The notes: a model not told the origin generated them from the letters alone. A DNA stretch of 64,000 nt from Eledone cirrhosa (GCA_964016885.1 OZ024740.1:426808001-426872000), one strand, 5' to 3'; shown: positions 44,321 through 56,800, counted from the stretch's first letter. A program made the numbers and translations.

Positions 44321-45327
44321 CAATATATATATTAAAGTAAATGCATCGACTTGAGGGACGAACGTCTAAACATACGACTTAATTAAATTTTATGTAATAA
44401 GATATTTCCACTTAATTTTGAGTCTCTAATTGTCTATAGAAAACTTTCATTCATGAATATTTACATTAACTGCTTGGTATAATCTTTAGAACTTCAGATA
44501 ATATACTTTGTGGTATTCAGTTACCATCCTTTAAATTCGCGGTTCAAATCCCACGATAGTCATCTTTGACTTACATTTTTGCATTGGCGATAAATTCAGT
44601 GTTGCTTAAAGACAGAAGTTGATATAGTCACCATTTCTCTCCTTCTAAATTCCTGACCTTGTATGTATGTGAGAAATTATAATTAATATTGAGTGCAAAA
44701 GTCTCAAAACCCCGACGAAACCTTTCCAATATTCTGGCGGGTACCGACAAAATTGTCCAGAGTGGACATGTAAGCAATGACATAGCTTAATGTAGATTAT
44801 ATCTTGAGGCCAGTGAAATGTCACTTGGATGAGGGTGAATGGTTTAAAACATGAAACATCTAATGACTCCAAGATACAACACTTGTGACATGTCCAAATA
44901 TTGTGTCCGTTGATGTATGAAGAACCAGCACCAACCATGAACAACCTGAAATTATCTGATCTATAATCTCATTGGTTTCGTTGCACGTTTTACTTTTGAG
45001 TTAACATACCTTTCCAACTTTGCTTACGTGATGGTAAAACCACTACATGGCTCAACAATTTCACCATATTTCTACTTGCTTTGTCCTATGTGCCCTATCA
45101 TTGTCCTTGGAATTTTCTTGGCATTTTTGTCCAAACCTTCCCCCGAAACAGCTAGTTTTTTTTCTGGGTTTTCCTTAAGAATATTACATACACCTGTCTG
45201 GCTAGTTTGAAAATAAAGCGATGTTTCTTATATACAGGTTGATTCTTCACAATTATACTTTCTAATATTTGTATCATTTGGGTATATTATAATATACCTA
45301 AGAAGAACAAGGTATATTATAATATTA

Positions 45328-45768
45328 TTCAGAAGAACAAGGCGAACGATTCCACTAAGATGTGAAAGAGATAGAGCGGAGGTACCAGGGACACTGCAAT
45401 GAACAAATGATGGAGGACTATATCTGGGGGCTAGTGCGGGAATGCGACCTAGACTACAACCGCAAATCCAGGAAATCCAGCCATTTCTGACGTGTATAAG
45501 TTGCTTTATAAGTGTTATTTGTTTTTATTTGTTTGCTTTTGATAAGCTTGTGTAATAAAATAAATATATACTCTGTTGATTTAATTATATGAACTGATAA
45601 ATAAAAAAAAAATGTGTTTTTTCTTGAAAAATATGAAAATTTCGAAATATCAAACTCCTGACAACAAACCGAAACTTCTGATTAAATAATAGTGTTTTTT
45701 TATAATGGGATATAACAAACCAGGAAATGACACTTAGAACCCGGAAACAAAAAATATGTTACACGGTG
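45328..45768 (+). mobile_element. 3' remnant of a Chapaev3-type (CMC) DNA transposon
   Basis: Translates SEEQGERFH*DVKEIERRYQG..MMEDYIWGLVRE..RKSRK, like the SDEQGERFHQD..ERRYQG..MADYCW transposase motif. Ends ..GTTACACGGTG followed by TTA (CAC terminus, TWA target). Confidence 0.72.
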
Positions 45769-46219
45769 TTATCTACCTTAGCTCTCCGTCATTGTATCAT
45801 TTCTTTTACCCTACCTATTGTTTTTCATCTAGTCTATATCTCACTTCTTTAATCTACAACACTTCCACAGGTCCAAAGTACGTATTATTTTCTTAAAGAC
45901 AAACATGTAAGTAAATATCCAACTTTTCAACAAAGCTACCTGTTAATTAATTTTTTACATTTATTTTTCTATTCCTGCTCCTAATGATATCAGTGTTTTT
46001 ATGTCCAAAGTTTTCACAGACAATCTCTACGGCCACACAGTTCCCTGTTGTTGTCCTTTGTTCACTCCTTCATAGTTCTACTGCTCTAAACAAGAAATCT
46101 CACACGTTTTACCATCATTAATATTATATCGAATTGGCTTTGGTTTAAGGAGATCGGCGATAGAAATAGCAGAGGGAAAGAGTTAAGACTGAAATTATTG
46201 TTCAAACTATGCTGACCTT

Positions 46220-46435
46220 AGATTGGCAGAATCGGTAGAGCATCGGGCAATCTGCTTCGCGGCTTAGGATTACGGTCCTTTGCGTTCTGAGTTCAAATCT
46301 CGCCAAGGTTAGCTTTGACTTTTATCCTTACGGGGTCGATAAAATAAAGTACCAGTCACGTACTGGGGTCGATTTACTCGATTTTCTCATCCCTAAATAT
46401 TGTTGGCTTTGTGTCTAAATCAAAAACCGTTATTA
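46220..46435 (+). mobile_element. tRNA-derived SINE, diverged subfamily
   Basis: TGGCAGAATCGG and GTTCAAATC boxes, plus ccttacggggtcgataaaataaagtaccag. Confidence 0.8.
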
Positions 46436-46694
46436 TTTTTATTATTTCTGTTTCAATAAACTGATAAATGTGGTTTTGTAATACTGGAAGACCGAATCGT
46501 AACAAATAAAGCCAGTATTAATTCGCACTAACGTGTAATATGTATACATTTAGTCTCACAATGAGTATTTTAATCTCTGATCATTTCACAGCTACCTCAG
46601 TACCGTAGTATGAGTGGCAGATGATGCGTATATTTCATTGTTGTTACATTTCAGCATTCATGCTCATATGCTGGTGTATTAACAACGATGGCTT

Positions 46695-47695
46695 TGAAAG
46701 TTCTCAGATACTTTCGTCCTCCTCAGAAAGTTCCCAGGTACACACGTCCTCGCCAGAAAGTTCCCAGGTACACGCGTCCTCGGCAGAAAGTTCCCAGCTA
46801 CGCACATCCTCCACAGAAAGTTCCCAGCTACACAGGTCCTCGCCAGAAAGTTCCCAGTTACACACGTCCTCGCCAGAAAGTTCCCAGTTACACACGTCCT
46901 CGCCAGAAAGTTCCCAGTTACACACGTCCTCTCCAGAAAGTTCCCAGCTAGGCACATCCTCCACAGAAAGTTCCCAGCTACACAGGTCCTCGCCAGAAAG
47001 TTCCCAGTTACTTACGTCCTTGCCAGAAAGTTCCCAGCTACACACGTCCAAATCAGAAAGTTCCCAGGTACACACGTCCTCGCCAGAATGTTCCCAGTTA
47101 CACACGTCCTCGCCAGAAAGTTCCCAGTTACACGCGTCCAAATCAGAAAGTTCCCAGCTACACACGTCCCCCTCAGAATGTTCCCAGGTACACACGTCCT
47201 CGCCAGAAAGTTCCCAGTTACACACGTCCTCGCCAGAAAGTTCCCAGTTACACACGTCCTCTCCAGAAAGTTCCCAGCTAGGCACATCCTCCACAGAAAG
47301 TTCCCAGCTACACAGGTCCTCGCCAGAATGTTCCCAGTTACACACGTCCTCGCCAGAAAGTTCCCAGTTACACACGTCCTCGCCAGAATGTTCCCAGTTA
47401 CACACGTCCTCGCCAGAAAGTTCCCAGCTAGGCACATCCTCCACAGAAAGTTCCCAGCTACACAGGTCCTCGCCAGAATGTTCCCAGTTACACACGTCCT
47501 CGCCAGAAAGTTCCCAGCTAGGCACATCCTCCACAGAAAGTTCCCAGCTACACAGGTCCTCGCCAGAATGTTCCCAGTTACACACGTCCTCGCCAGAATG
47601 TTCCCAGTTACACACGTCCTCGCCAGAAAGTTCCCAGTTACACACGTCCTCGCCAGAATGTTCCCAGTTACACACGTCCTCGCCAGAATGTTCCA
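46695..47695. repeat. 30-bp minisatellite, ~33 copies
   Basis: Unit ccagaaagttcccagttacacacgtcctcg. Confidence 0.97.
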
Positions 47696-47767
47696 GAAGT
47701 GTAGTCTTCTTCATTGTCATGTATTAATTATTCTTTAAGTTGATGGTAAAATATAAAAAAAATTCGA

Positions 47768-48620
47768 GATGATATTGATAGATTACTCTCAGTAGAAATT
47801 ACGAATGTAAACGTATATAAGGAACCGCATGAACTTGTGAAAACATTCAGTATACATAAACCCTGTGGTGTTGACAATCCATCATTTCCTTGCATGGAAA
47901 ATGGATCATGTCAAAATAAATTCCCTAAAAGCTTTCGAGAATAAACCTTTTTAAATGTAATTTGATATCCTGTATATTGCCGGTACGATAACTGAGTTAA
48001 AGTAGATGTTAGATGCCACTTCATTGATAATCGCTATCTGGTGCCATATAACACATTTCTACCGAAAAAATAGTATCAACTATTAATATTGTGTTATATC
48101 CATCTATGAAAAAGTCAAATATATATATTTATATATATATATATATATGTTTACAAAGGTCACGAGTGTTCTTGTATGAAAATAAAAAAGCGTTAACGTC
48201 AACTCATCTGCTATTATTGCACCGGCCGTTAGTGACAACGTCACACGAGAAATGAATTTGAAACTCATTTAAGGTGGGTTAAAGTCTTGTCTTATTTGTA
48301 GATATGTGCTCCCACCCCACCTCCTTGACGTAATGTAGGGGTTATCACAGTATAAATGTATGGAAAGAAGTGAATTTCACCAAGTCACTGAACCACAAGG
48401 CGGCCACAATACTAATTTAACTGCTTGGTTCAAGCTAAATAAACCTCATGCGAATACACGTAACTTCTTGTACTGTGAAACTGCCAATAATGCTTTTAAT
48501 GAAATAGAAAGGAAGTGACTGAGAAATGTTATTAACACTGTTCAAAGGATAAGGTATGAAAATCTAGAAGTATTTCACATTTACATGTTGTTGGTTCATG
48601 ATCCTAGGGTAAGGGTTACT
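47768..48620 (+). pseudogene. Decayed Helitron Rep/helicase fragment
   Basis: DDIDRLLSVEI, IHKPCGVDNPSFPCMENGSCQNKFPKSF, YPVY, IDNRYLVPYN, YVYKGH and TNLTAWFKLN..LY.E, in the order found in Helitron RepHel proteins; many stops. Confidence 0.85.
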
Positions 48621-48749
48621 GAATGATATTAAACCAACTTTGAAGGTGCAAGAATTCGTTTGCTAATGCTACGACAGAACCCTCCACCATCAAATTGCCG
48701 GCTCGCTGTTTAGAATGTTAGCCACCATCTGTACACATGGCCATCATAT

Positions 48750-48938
48750 AATTGTTTCTACTTTTGGCACAAGGCCAGCAATTACCCAGTACTTTACTGG
48801 TACTTTATTTTATCGACCCCGTAAGGATGAAAGGCAAAGTTTACCTCGACGGGATTTGAACTCAGACCCTAAAGGGATGTAACTATGCTAGAAAGCATGG
48901 CGTCCGACCCTCTACTGATACTGCCAATTCACCGCCCT
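48750..48938 (-). mobile_element. tRNA-derived SINE
   Basis: Reverse-complement homolog of 15691-15886. Confidence 0.87.
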
Positions 48939-49587
48939 CATGTAATTGAAAGGAAGCTATGAAAGAAATTCAACTATGCGATGATAGAATAGATTTTGTT
49001 AAAAGTTCGCCAGCTAAACCTGACTGAAAATATGGTTCGTCATAAAATAATATTTAACTGAAATGGAGCAAAGTGTTTGTGCTTGTGTTTTTTATTTTGT
49101 TAATATTGTACTCCTTCATTATTTATGGCTTTTTATTGTCTTTTTCATGTTGATGGACAACAGCAGAACCGATGACTGTTCGATGATAGTGAGAACGTAT
49201 ATCCCATCATCGGTTGCAATTGCCAACTAACGATAGCACCCCACACTTCTCATAACGAGGATGTAATAGATGATGGAGAGGAGGGAAATTACTGATAAGA
49301 ATAGGTGTAAGTGTAATTTACAAAGGAGGAAAGGTGAACTCGATATTAAGGTGTGCAAAGTGCAAACATGTGTTGAGATGACGAAGATGAAGGTGGCATA
49401 AAATTTACAATTTGAAAAGAACAAACCACTCATATGGAAAATAAAAGTAGAGATAGAAACACAGTGTGTGTATATGTGTGTATGTGTGTGTGTCAGAGTG
49501 AGTGAGAGAGGTACAGATATATATATATACGTATATATAGTAAAATAAAATAAAACAAGGACGATTGGTTACTCCTTCCTTACATTT

Positions 49588-49674
49588 ATTGGACGCGCGT
49601 TTCGCCACTGATCAAGTCAAGTTTAGATCTGTATCGATCTAGTCCGACTCTGTAATCCGTGGCTCGTCAGATCC
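49588..49674 (-). ncRNA. Hammerhead core with a long helix II; stem I not paired in cis
   Basis: Minus strand: CTGACGA-gccac.gatta.agtcgg.tagatc/gatcta.ttgact.tgatc.gtggc-GAAA-cgcgcg-TC. Island flanked by (AT)n. Confidence 0.72.
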
Positions 49675-49850
49675 CTTACAATTGTAATGGAAATATATAT
49701 ATATATATTTATATATATATATATATTAGGGTAAATATTGATGCAATTCAATTCAAGCACTCAACGTACTTTTTCCACATTGGAGTGACGGAGTAAATAT
49801 CGAATAAGTAAAAGCGAAGTAGTTTCAGATGTTCAAGTCCTTTAATAATA

Positions 49851-50027
49851 ATTGTTTCTACTTTAGGCATAAGGCCAGCAATTACCCAGTGCATTACTGG
49901 TAGTTTATTCTATCGACCCCGTAAGGATAAAAGGCAAAGTCAACCTCGGCGGGATTTGAACTCAGATCGTAAAGGGACGTAACTATGCTGGAAAGCATGG
50001 CGTCCGACCCTCTACCGATACTGCCAA
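49851..50027 (-). mobile_element. tRNA-derived SINE nested in family F
   Basis: Absent from the paralogous repeat at ~51340; inserted in aataat. Confidence 0.9.
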
Positions 50028-51911
50028 TAATGCTGTGATATATATTTCAGTGACGACACTGGCCACACTGTTCTTTGTGCGAGTGTCGTGTCATCATCAG
50101 ACAGCTTGTTACATAATAAGGTTATGTTTCCGAGGCAATCCAAATTGGATCGACATGGGAACGGAGGAATTGCATGTTTTGGGGTTTTTCATCCGCTCTC
50201 TTGTGAGTACCAATTCACCCCCACCGGCCTGCGCAAGCGCATGTCCGAAGGAAGTTGACCATTAGCCACCGCAGATTTCAACGAAATTCGCTTAGTCAGT
50301 TCACCCCCTCAGCCAAAACAATGGCCCACCAATGCCTCTACCATATTTTACTGCTACCCATCACGGCTGTGGCAGTCAGCCGAGAGCCAGAGGGGATGGG
50401 AGAGTGTTAGTTTTTACAGGTCATAATACTACCTCTCACCTAGCGTTGGCGGTACGACTGACCATCACCTTATAAGGGAAAATAAACTTAATTCTAGGTA
50501 TCATGGTTTTACGTTGGAAGTTAAGAGTGAGAGTTGGAAATAAAAATTAAAATCCTAAATCAAATATCAGAAATTATAAATTAAACAATTAAGAAATTAA
50601 CAATTAGAAATTAAAGAATTTAAAAAAAAAAATTATTTTCAGATGATAATTCCGATTGAGGTGAGTAAAAATATAGACTGAAGTGAGTAAATAATATGGA
50701 GAGAGATGTTTAAGTAATATGTTCTGAGAGGGATTCTAGTGTCACAGTTACTCTATCCACATATTGTACGACAGTGCCGTACATTTTAATTGAGGGCAAA
50801 CTACAGGGCTCCAGGCATTAGTCAATCTGGTACACAGTTATAATTTCCATCACATGGAACAAAATCAAAGAAAAACAGACATAAAGTACACAAAAGAAAA
50901 GAACAGAACCAATAGTGAATAAATGCAAAAACACAGAGTACATATATGCAAAATGATCCATATGATTGTCCATCTGTCCATGTATAGATTGAATTGAGGG
51001 GGCTTCTGTTCAAATGCGATTTGGTGCAGGGAAATAGGGGTTTATCCTATTATTTGTTTCCGCGTATTCATCCTGCCGAAAGTTACTATTATGTCCGTCC
51101 AGTGTAAGGGGTTTCCATCCCCAAGGTAGAGGGAATTTCCGGGGTAGCTTATGGTTGGTTCCTCTCTTCTCCACCATATAGGTTACGTCGTAAAGCGCTC
51201 AACTAATTGGAGCTAAATTATTAGGGTAAACATTGATGCAATTCAATTCAAGCACTCAACGTACTTTTTCCACATAGGAGTGACGGAGTAAATATCGAAA
51301 AGGAAAAGCGAAGTAGTTTCAGATGTCCAAGTCCTTTAATAATAATGATGTGATGTATATTTCAGTGACGACACTGGCCACACTGTTCTGTGTGCGAGTG
51401 TCGTGTCATCATCAGACAGCTTGTTACATAATAAGGTTATGTTTCCGAGGCAATCCAAATTGGATCGACATGGGAACGGATGAATTGCGTGTTTTGGGGT
51501 TTTTCATCCGCTCCCTTGTGAGTACCAATTCACCCCCACCGGCCTGCGCAAGCGCATGTCCGAAGGAAGTTGACCATTAGCCACCGCAGGTTTCAACGAA
51601 ATTCGCTTAGTCAGTTCACCCCCTCAGCCAAAACAATGGCCCACCAATGCCTCTACCATATTTTACTGCTACCCATCACGGCTGTGGCAGTCAGCCGAGA
51701 GCCAGAGGGGATGGGAGAGTGTTAGTTTTTACAGGTCATAATACTACCTCTCACCTAGCGTTGACGGTACGACTGACCATCACCTTATAAGGGAAAATAA
51801 ACTTAGTTCTAGGTATCATGGTTTTACGTTGGAAGTTACGAGTGAGAGTTTGAAATAAAAATTAAAATCCAATTTGGATTGCCTCGGTAACATAACCTTA
51901 TTATGTAACAA

Positions 51912-51985
51912 GCTGTCTGATGATGACACGACACTCGCACACAGAACAGTGTGGCCAGTGTCGTCACTGAAATATATATCACAGC
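51912..51985 (+). ncRNA. Hammerhead motif (family F)
   Basis: gctgt-CTGATGA-tgac..gacact.cacac/gtgtg.agtgtc.gtca..-GAAA-tatata-TC-acagc. Confidence 0.85.
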
Positions 51986-52031
51986 ATTATTATTAAAGGA
52001 CTTGAACATCTGAAACTACTTCGCTTTTCCT

Positions 52032-52076
<45 letters not shown>

Positions 52077-52598
52077 AAAGAAAAGAGGTGTAACACACAA
52101 GTTATTATATATTGGTAAACGGAATAGAAAATTCTGACAAATTGTTCACAGTTGAAAAATGGTTTAATTAGGAATAAAAGAGTATTAGTGATTGTATGGG
52201 TTAGTATTCAGTTGTGGTTTTAAGTTTTTAAGTTTTTACCGGTTGCGCATTTCTAAATGCTTTTCAAAAATAATTTTGAGATAGAGTGTCCGTGCTGTTT
52301 GCTCTGATCTGATTAGTTTTGGGAATTCTACCTGTTTTTATGTTAAAAAAGTGGCTCCAGCGTTATTTTTGTGTTGCAAAAATTCTTGTGGTCAAAACAA
52401 TTTTGATTGGTCGGTAGAGGTCATGTGAATGTAAAAAGTTGATTTTGCGCCAAGACTGTTTTTATGTTAAAAAAGTGGCTCCAGCAAAAATTCTTGGTCA
52501 AAACGATTTTGATTGGTCGGTAGTGGTCATGTGAATAAAAAATTGGTTTTGCGCCAAGATTGAGAAATGATTCTTTCACAACAAATATGTGTGTGTGT

Positions 52599-52644
<46 letters not shown>

Positions 52645-52725
52645 TAGTAGTAGTAGTAGTAGTAGTAAGGTATTCGATGCTGCGACAATGGCCATCAGCG
52701 ATGTGTGTCAAATGGCTATTAAGAT

Positions 52726-52776
<51 letters not shown>

Positions 52777-53056
52777 GCAGAGTGATTCGTGGTGGTAGGG
52801 ATGGTCAGTAAGAATGTGTCTGAAAGCAATGGGGGGTATTTTAGCATGTCAAAAGATAAGTGTGTGTTTGTGTGTGTGTGTGCATAGCAGAGTAATTTGT
52901 GGTGGCAGGGATGGTCAGTAAGAATGTGTCTGAAAGCAATGGGGGGTATTTTAGCATGTCAAAAGATATTTTTCAGCTTTTGTCTTATACGGAGAGTGCG
53001 TGTGTGTGTGTGTGTATATAAGTCTCTTTGTATGTTGATGTACGCGTGTGTTTGTG

Positions 53057-53101
<45 letters not shown>

Positions 53102-53579
53102 ACCAGTATTTTTTCCCTCCTGGTAAAATGGTGTACATTATTCGATTTTTTCAGTAAAATCGGTTCTCTTAATAGAACATCAAAAATCTTAACAATAAAA
53201 GGTGTGAAATGATATTCACTATATATATATACACATACATATATTCACTACATATATATATATATATATACATATATACATACATATATATGCACATATA
53301 TTTCTTTGTATTGCACCATAGAGCATGTGTGTTTACGTGTGTCATTGTGTTTATATGTGGGTAGAGATGTGTGCTGATGTAGGTATGTATGTTGACGTGT
53401 GTATGTTGTGGGTTCGTCTTAGGGAGAAGTGTTTAGACGGGGTCCGTATTTGTTGATGAAATAAGATTCCTTGCTGATGCGCTGGGTGTGGGTGGCATTA
53501 TCTTTAAATTTGTAGAGGGGAAAGATTCTGAAGTTGGGATGATTTTGGGCGGCACAGGTACCAATGCACAGGTATCAAT

Positions 53580-55651
53580 GAATCATTAGCCAGAAATAGA
53601 AGCAATTACACCCCTTCAAAAGGTAGAAATAAAATCTTGGACGAATTCTGTGAACACATCACAAACTTCCCTTACCAACACTTGCACAGACAAAAACACA
53701 AGCCAAACCTCAACAAGAAAGAATGGGAAGAATTAAATAGATTAAAAACCGACAGAACCATTACAATTAAAGAGGCTGATAAAGGGAGTACAGTAGTCCT
53801 AATGGAGACAGAATTCTATATCAACTTAGCGCTCTCCACTTTGGAAAACGAAACATACTACGAAAAGGCTGAACACTACAATCAACAGAAAATTATGAGA
53901 AACCTAAAAACTCTAATCAAGCAATACAAAGAAGGACTCACTAACAAGGAATTCAGCTTCATCACAGACTTCACAAGTAAATCCAGCCTTTTCTACGGTA
54001 TCCCTAAAGTACATAAAAGCGAATCAATAAGTAAGGCATGCAAGGAAGTCACAGACATAGTCATCAATGTCCCCTCACCCAATGATCTCAAATTAAAACC
54101 TATAATAGCAGGCCCCGCTTGCGAAACGCACCGTCTTAGCAACTTCATTGATACCCTTCTCAAACCCTTCCTCAAGCACATCAAAAGCTATATAAGGGAC
54201 GACCTAGATATGCTCAATCACCTCCCTAATATGCCACTTTCTGAACAAACCCTACTAGTGACGTTCGATGTAGTCAACCTATACTCCAACATCCCCCACA
54301 ACCTAGGAATAGAAGCTATCCAATTTTGGCTGGATAATTTCCACAATGAACTCCCACAACGCATCAAAAAAGAATTCGTGATAGAGGGACTCAAATTTAT
54401 CTTGGAGAACAATTACTTCGTTTTCAATAACAAACCCTACAGGCAAAAATCTGGGACCGCTATGGGAACGAAAACAGCCCCTACTTATGCCAACCTAGTC
54501 ATGGGATACCTGGAAATCACCCTCTACACTAAAGTCCTAAACAAATTTGGAAACACCCTCCACTTACACATTGAAAGGAACTGGAAGCGATATCTAGATG
54601 ACTGCTTCATCCTTTGGCACGAAAACATCGAAAAACTTAAAGAATGTCACACCCTTATAAATGGGCTCAACACAAATATTAACTTCACAATGGAATACAG
54701 CCATCAACAACTCCCCTTCCTCGACATCCTTATTAAGATCCAAAACAAAAAAATAGAAACAGACATATACTACAAGCCCAAAGACTCCAAGCAATATCTC
54801 CCCTTCAACTCTTGCCACCCTAGACACGTTAAAATTAATATTCCCTACAACTTAGCCAAGAGAATCTGTACTATAGTCTCCAATAAAAACATCTGCTACT
54901 TACGGCTACAAGAACTAAAGGACACACTCATAGGCAGGGACTACCCTGCATCACTAATTGACAATGGAATCCAACGTGCCCTAAAACTCAGTACCCAGGA
55001 CCTTAGACACCCTAAAGTAAATCAACCAAAACTAAAAGCTCTTCCATACATCTCCACGCACAACCCCCTCAACAATGAGGCCTTTGACACCATCCTCCAG
55101 AACATCCCTGTATTGAAAAAGGACCATAGAATGAACCAAATTCTACGAACACACGATATCATAAAGAGCAAAAGACAATCCAAGTCAATGAAAAACGTCT
55201 TAACACATGCCAAAGTATGCCAACCACAACAACGAAACCCACAGTAAAAAAATGCGATAGACCCAACTGTGGCATTTGCATCAACCTAATAGAGGGTTCG
55301 GAATTCTATTTCAAAGATGGACAACGTTTTATAGTAAAACACAATTTCACATGTGCATCGGAAAATCTAATATATGTATTAACTTGTTCAGGTTGTCGAG
55401 AACAATACATAGGCCAGACCAAAAACAGCCTCCGCCAACGCATGACTGTCCATAGATCCCAAATTAAAATACGGGAATACAGGAAAATACCACTGAGTGA
55501 ACACATTGATACCTGTGCCGCCCAAAATCATCCCAACTTCAGAATCTTTCCCCTCTACAAATTTAAAGATAATGCCACCCACACCCAGCGCATCAGCAAG
55601 GAATCTTACTTCATCAACAAATACGGACCCCCTCTAAACACTTCTCCCTAA
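53580..55651 (+). pseudogene. PLE-2 RT + GIY-YIG, 5'-truncated, one frameshift near 55220
   Basis: ADKGS, FYGIPKVHK, FDVVNLYSNI, QKSGTAMG, WKRYLDD, CDRPNCGIC, LIYVLTCSGC..YIGQT..RMTVH..H. Confidence 0.93.
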
Positions 55652-56176
55652 GACGAACCCACAACATACACACGTCAACATACATACCTACATCAGCACA
55701 CATCTCTACCCACATATAAACACAATGACACACGTAAACACACATGCTCTACGGTGCAATACAAAGAAATATATGTGCATATATATGTATGTATATATGT
55801 ATATATATATATATATATGTAGTGAATATATGTATGTGTATATATATATAGTGAATATCATTTCACACCTTTTATTGTTAAGATTTTTGATGTTCTATTA
55901 AGAGAACCGATTTTACTGAAAAAATGGAATAATGTACACCATTTTACCAGGGGGAAAAAAATACTGGTCCCCCCCCCCCCCACACACATATATATACACC
56001 AACACATATACATGCGTACATCAACATACAAAGAGACTTATATACACACACACACACACACGCGCACTCTCCGTATAAGACAAAAGCTGAAAAATATCTT
56101 TTGACATGCTAAAATACCCCCCATTGCCTTCAGACACATTCTTACTGACGATCCCTGCCACCACAAATTACTCTGC

Positions 56177-56247
<71 letters not shown>

Positions 56248-56325
56248 ATCTTAATAGCCATTTGACACACATCGCTGATGGCCATTGTCGCAGCATCGAA
56301 CACCTTACTACTACTACTACACACA

Positions 56326-56382
<57 letters not shown>

Positions 56383-56592
56383 TTGTTGTGAAAGAGTCAT
56401 TTCTCAATCTTGGCGCAAAATCAACTTTTTACATTCACATGACCTCTACCGACCAATCAAAATTGTTTTGACCACAAGAATTTTTGCAACACAAAATTAA
56501 CGGTGGAGCCACTTTTTTAACATAAAAACAGGTAGAATTCCCAAAACTAATCAGATCAGAGCAAACAGCACGGACACTCTATCTCAAAATTA

Positions 56593-56629
56593 TTTTTGAA
56601 AAGCATTTAGAAATGCGCAACCGGTAAAA
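56593..56629 (+). ncRNA. Variant hammerhead-like motif (U3:A8; GCAA replaces GAAA), mirrored at 52234-52270 (-)
   Basis: ttt-TTGAAAA-gcatt(taga)aatgc-GCAA-ccgg-TA-aaa, in the same relative position as the PLE-1 motif. Confidence 0.55.
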
Positions 56630-56800
56630 ACTTAAAAAACTTAAAACCACAACTGAATACTAACCCATACAATCACTAATACTCTTTTATTCCTAATTAA
56701 ACCATTTTTCAACTGTGAACAATTTGTCAGAATTTTCTATTCCGTTTACCAATATATATATATATATATATATACATATATACATATATACATATATATA

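Larger units (their letters stand above)
49726..52033 (-). mobile_element. Non-coding tandem-plus-inverted element, family F (non-autonomous PLE / retrozyme-like)
   Basis: Direct repeats 49726-50555 (SINE-interrupted) and 51221-51870, unique spacer between them, inverted arm 51867-52033. HHR motifs at 50032-50105 (-), 51347-51420 (-) and 51912-51985 (+). (AT)n at both ends. Confidence 0.8.
52073..56752 (+). mobile_element. Penelope-like retroelement PLE-2 (Neptune-like) with an inverted 3'-end copy upstream
   Basis: ~52110-53580 is the reverse complement of ~55504-56752. 5'-truncated ORF from ~53580. (AT)n on both flanks. Protein clearly homologous to PLE-1. Confidence 0.93.

Noticed and set aside
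40504-44340. 1278-aa Pro/Thr mucin- or extensin-like ORF
   Set aside because: Almost only CCA/ACA codons, no signal peptide or unique domain, and triplet slippage alone preserves the frame. Expression data would be needed to reconsider.
44645-44944. 99-aa minus-strand ORF in unique-looking sequence
   Set aside because: No recognisable motif in the frames examined; cannot be supported without a search.
50035-50265. Duplicated 76-85-aa ORFs (also 51323-51580)
   Set aside because: Antisense to the family-F ribozyme repeat; similarity reflects the DNA duplication, with no protein motif.
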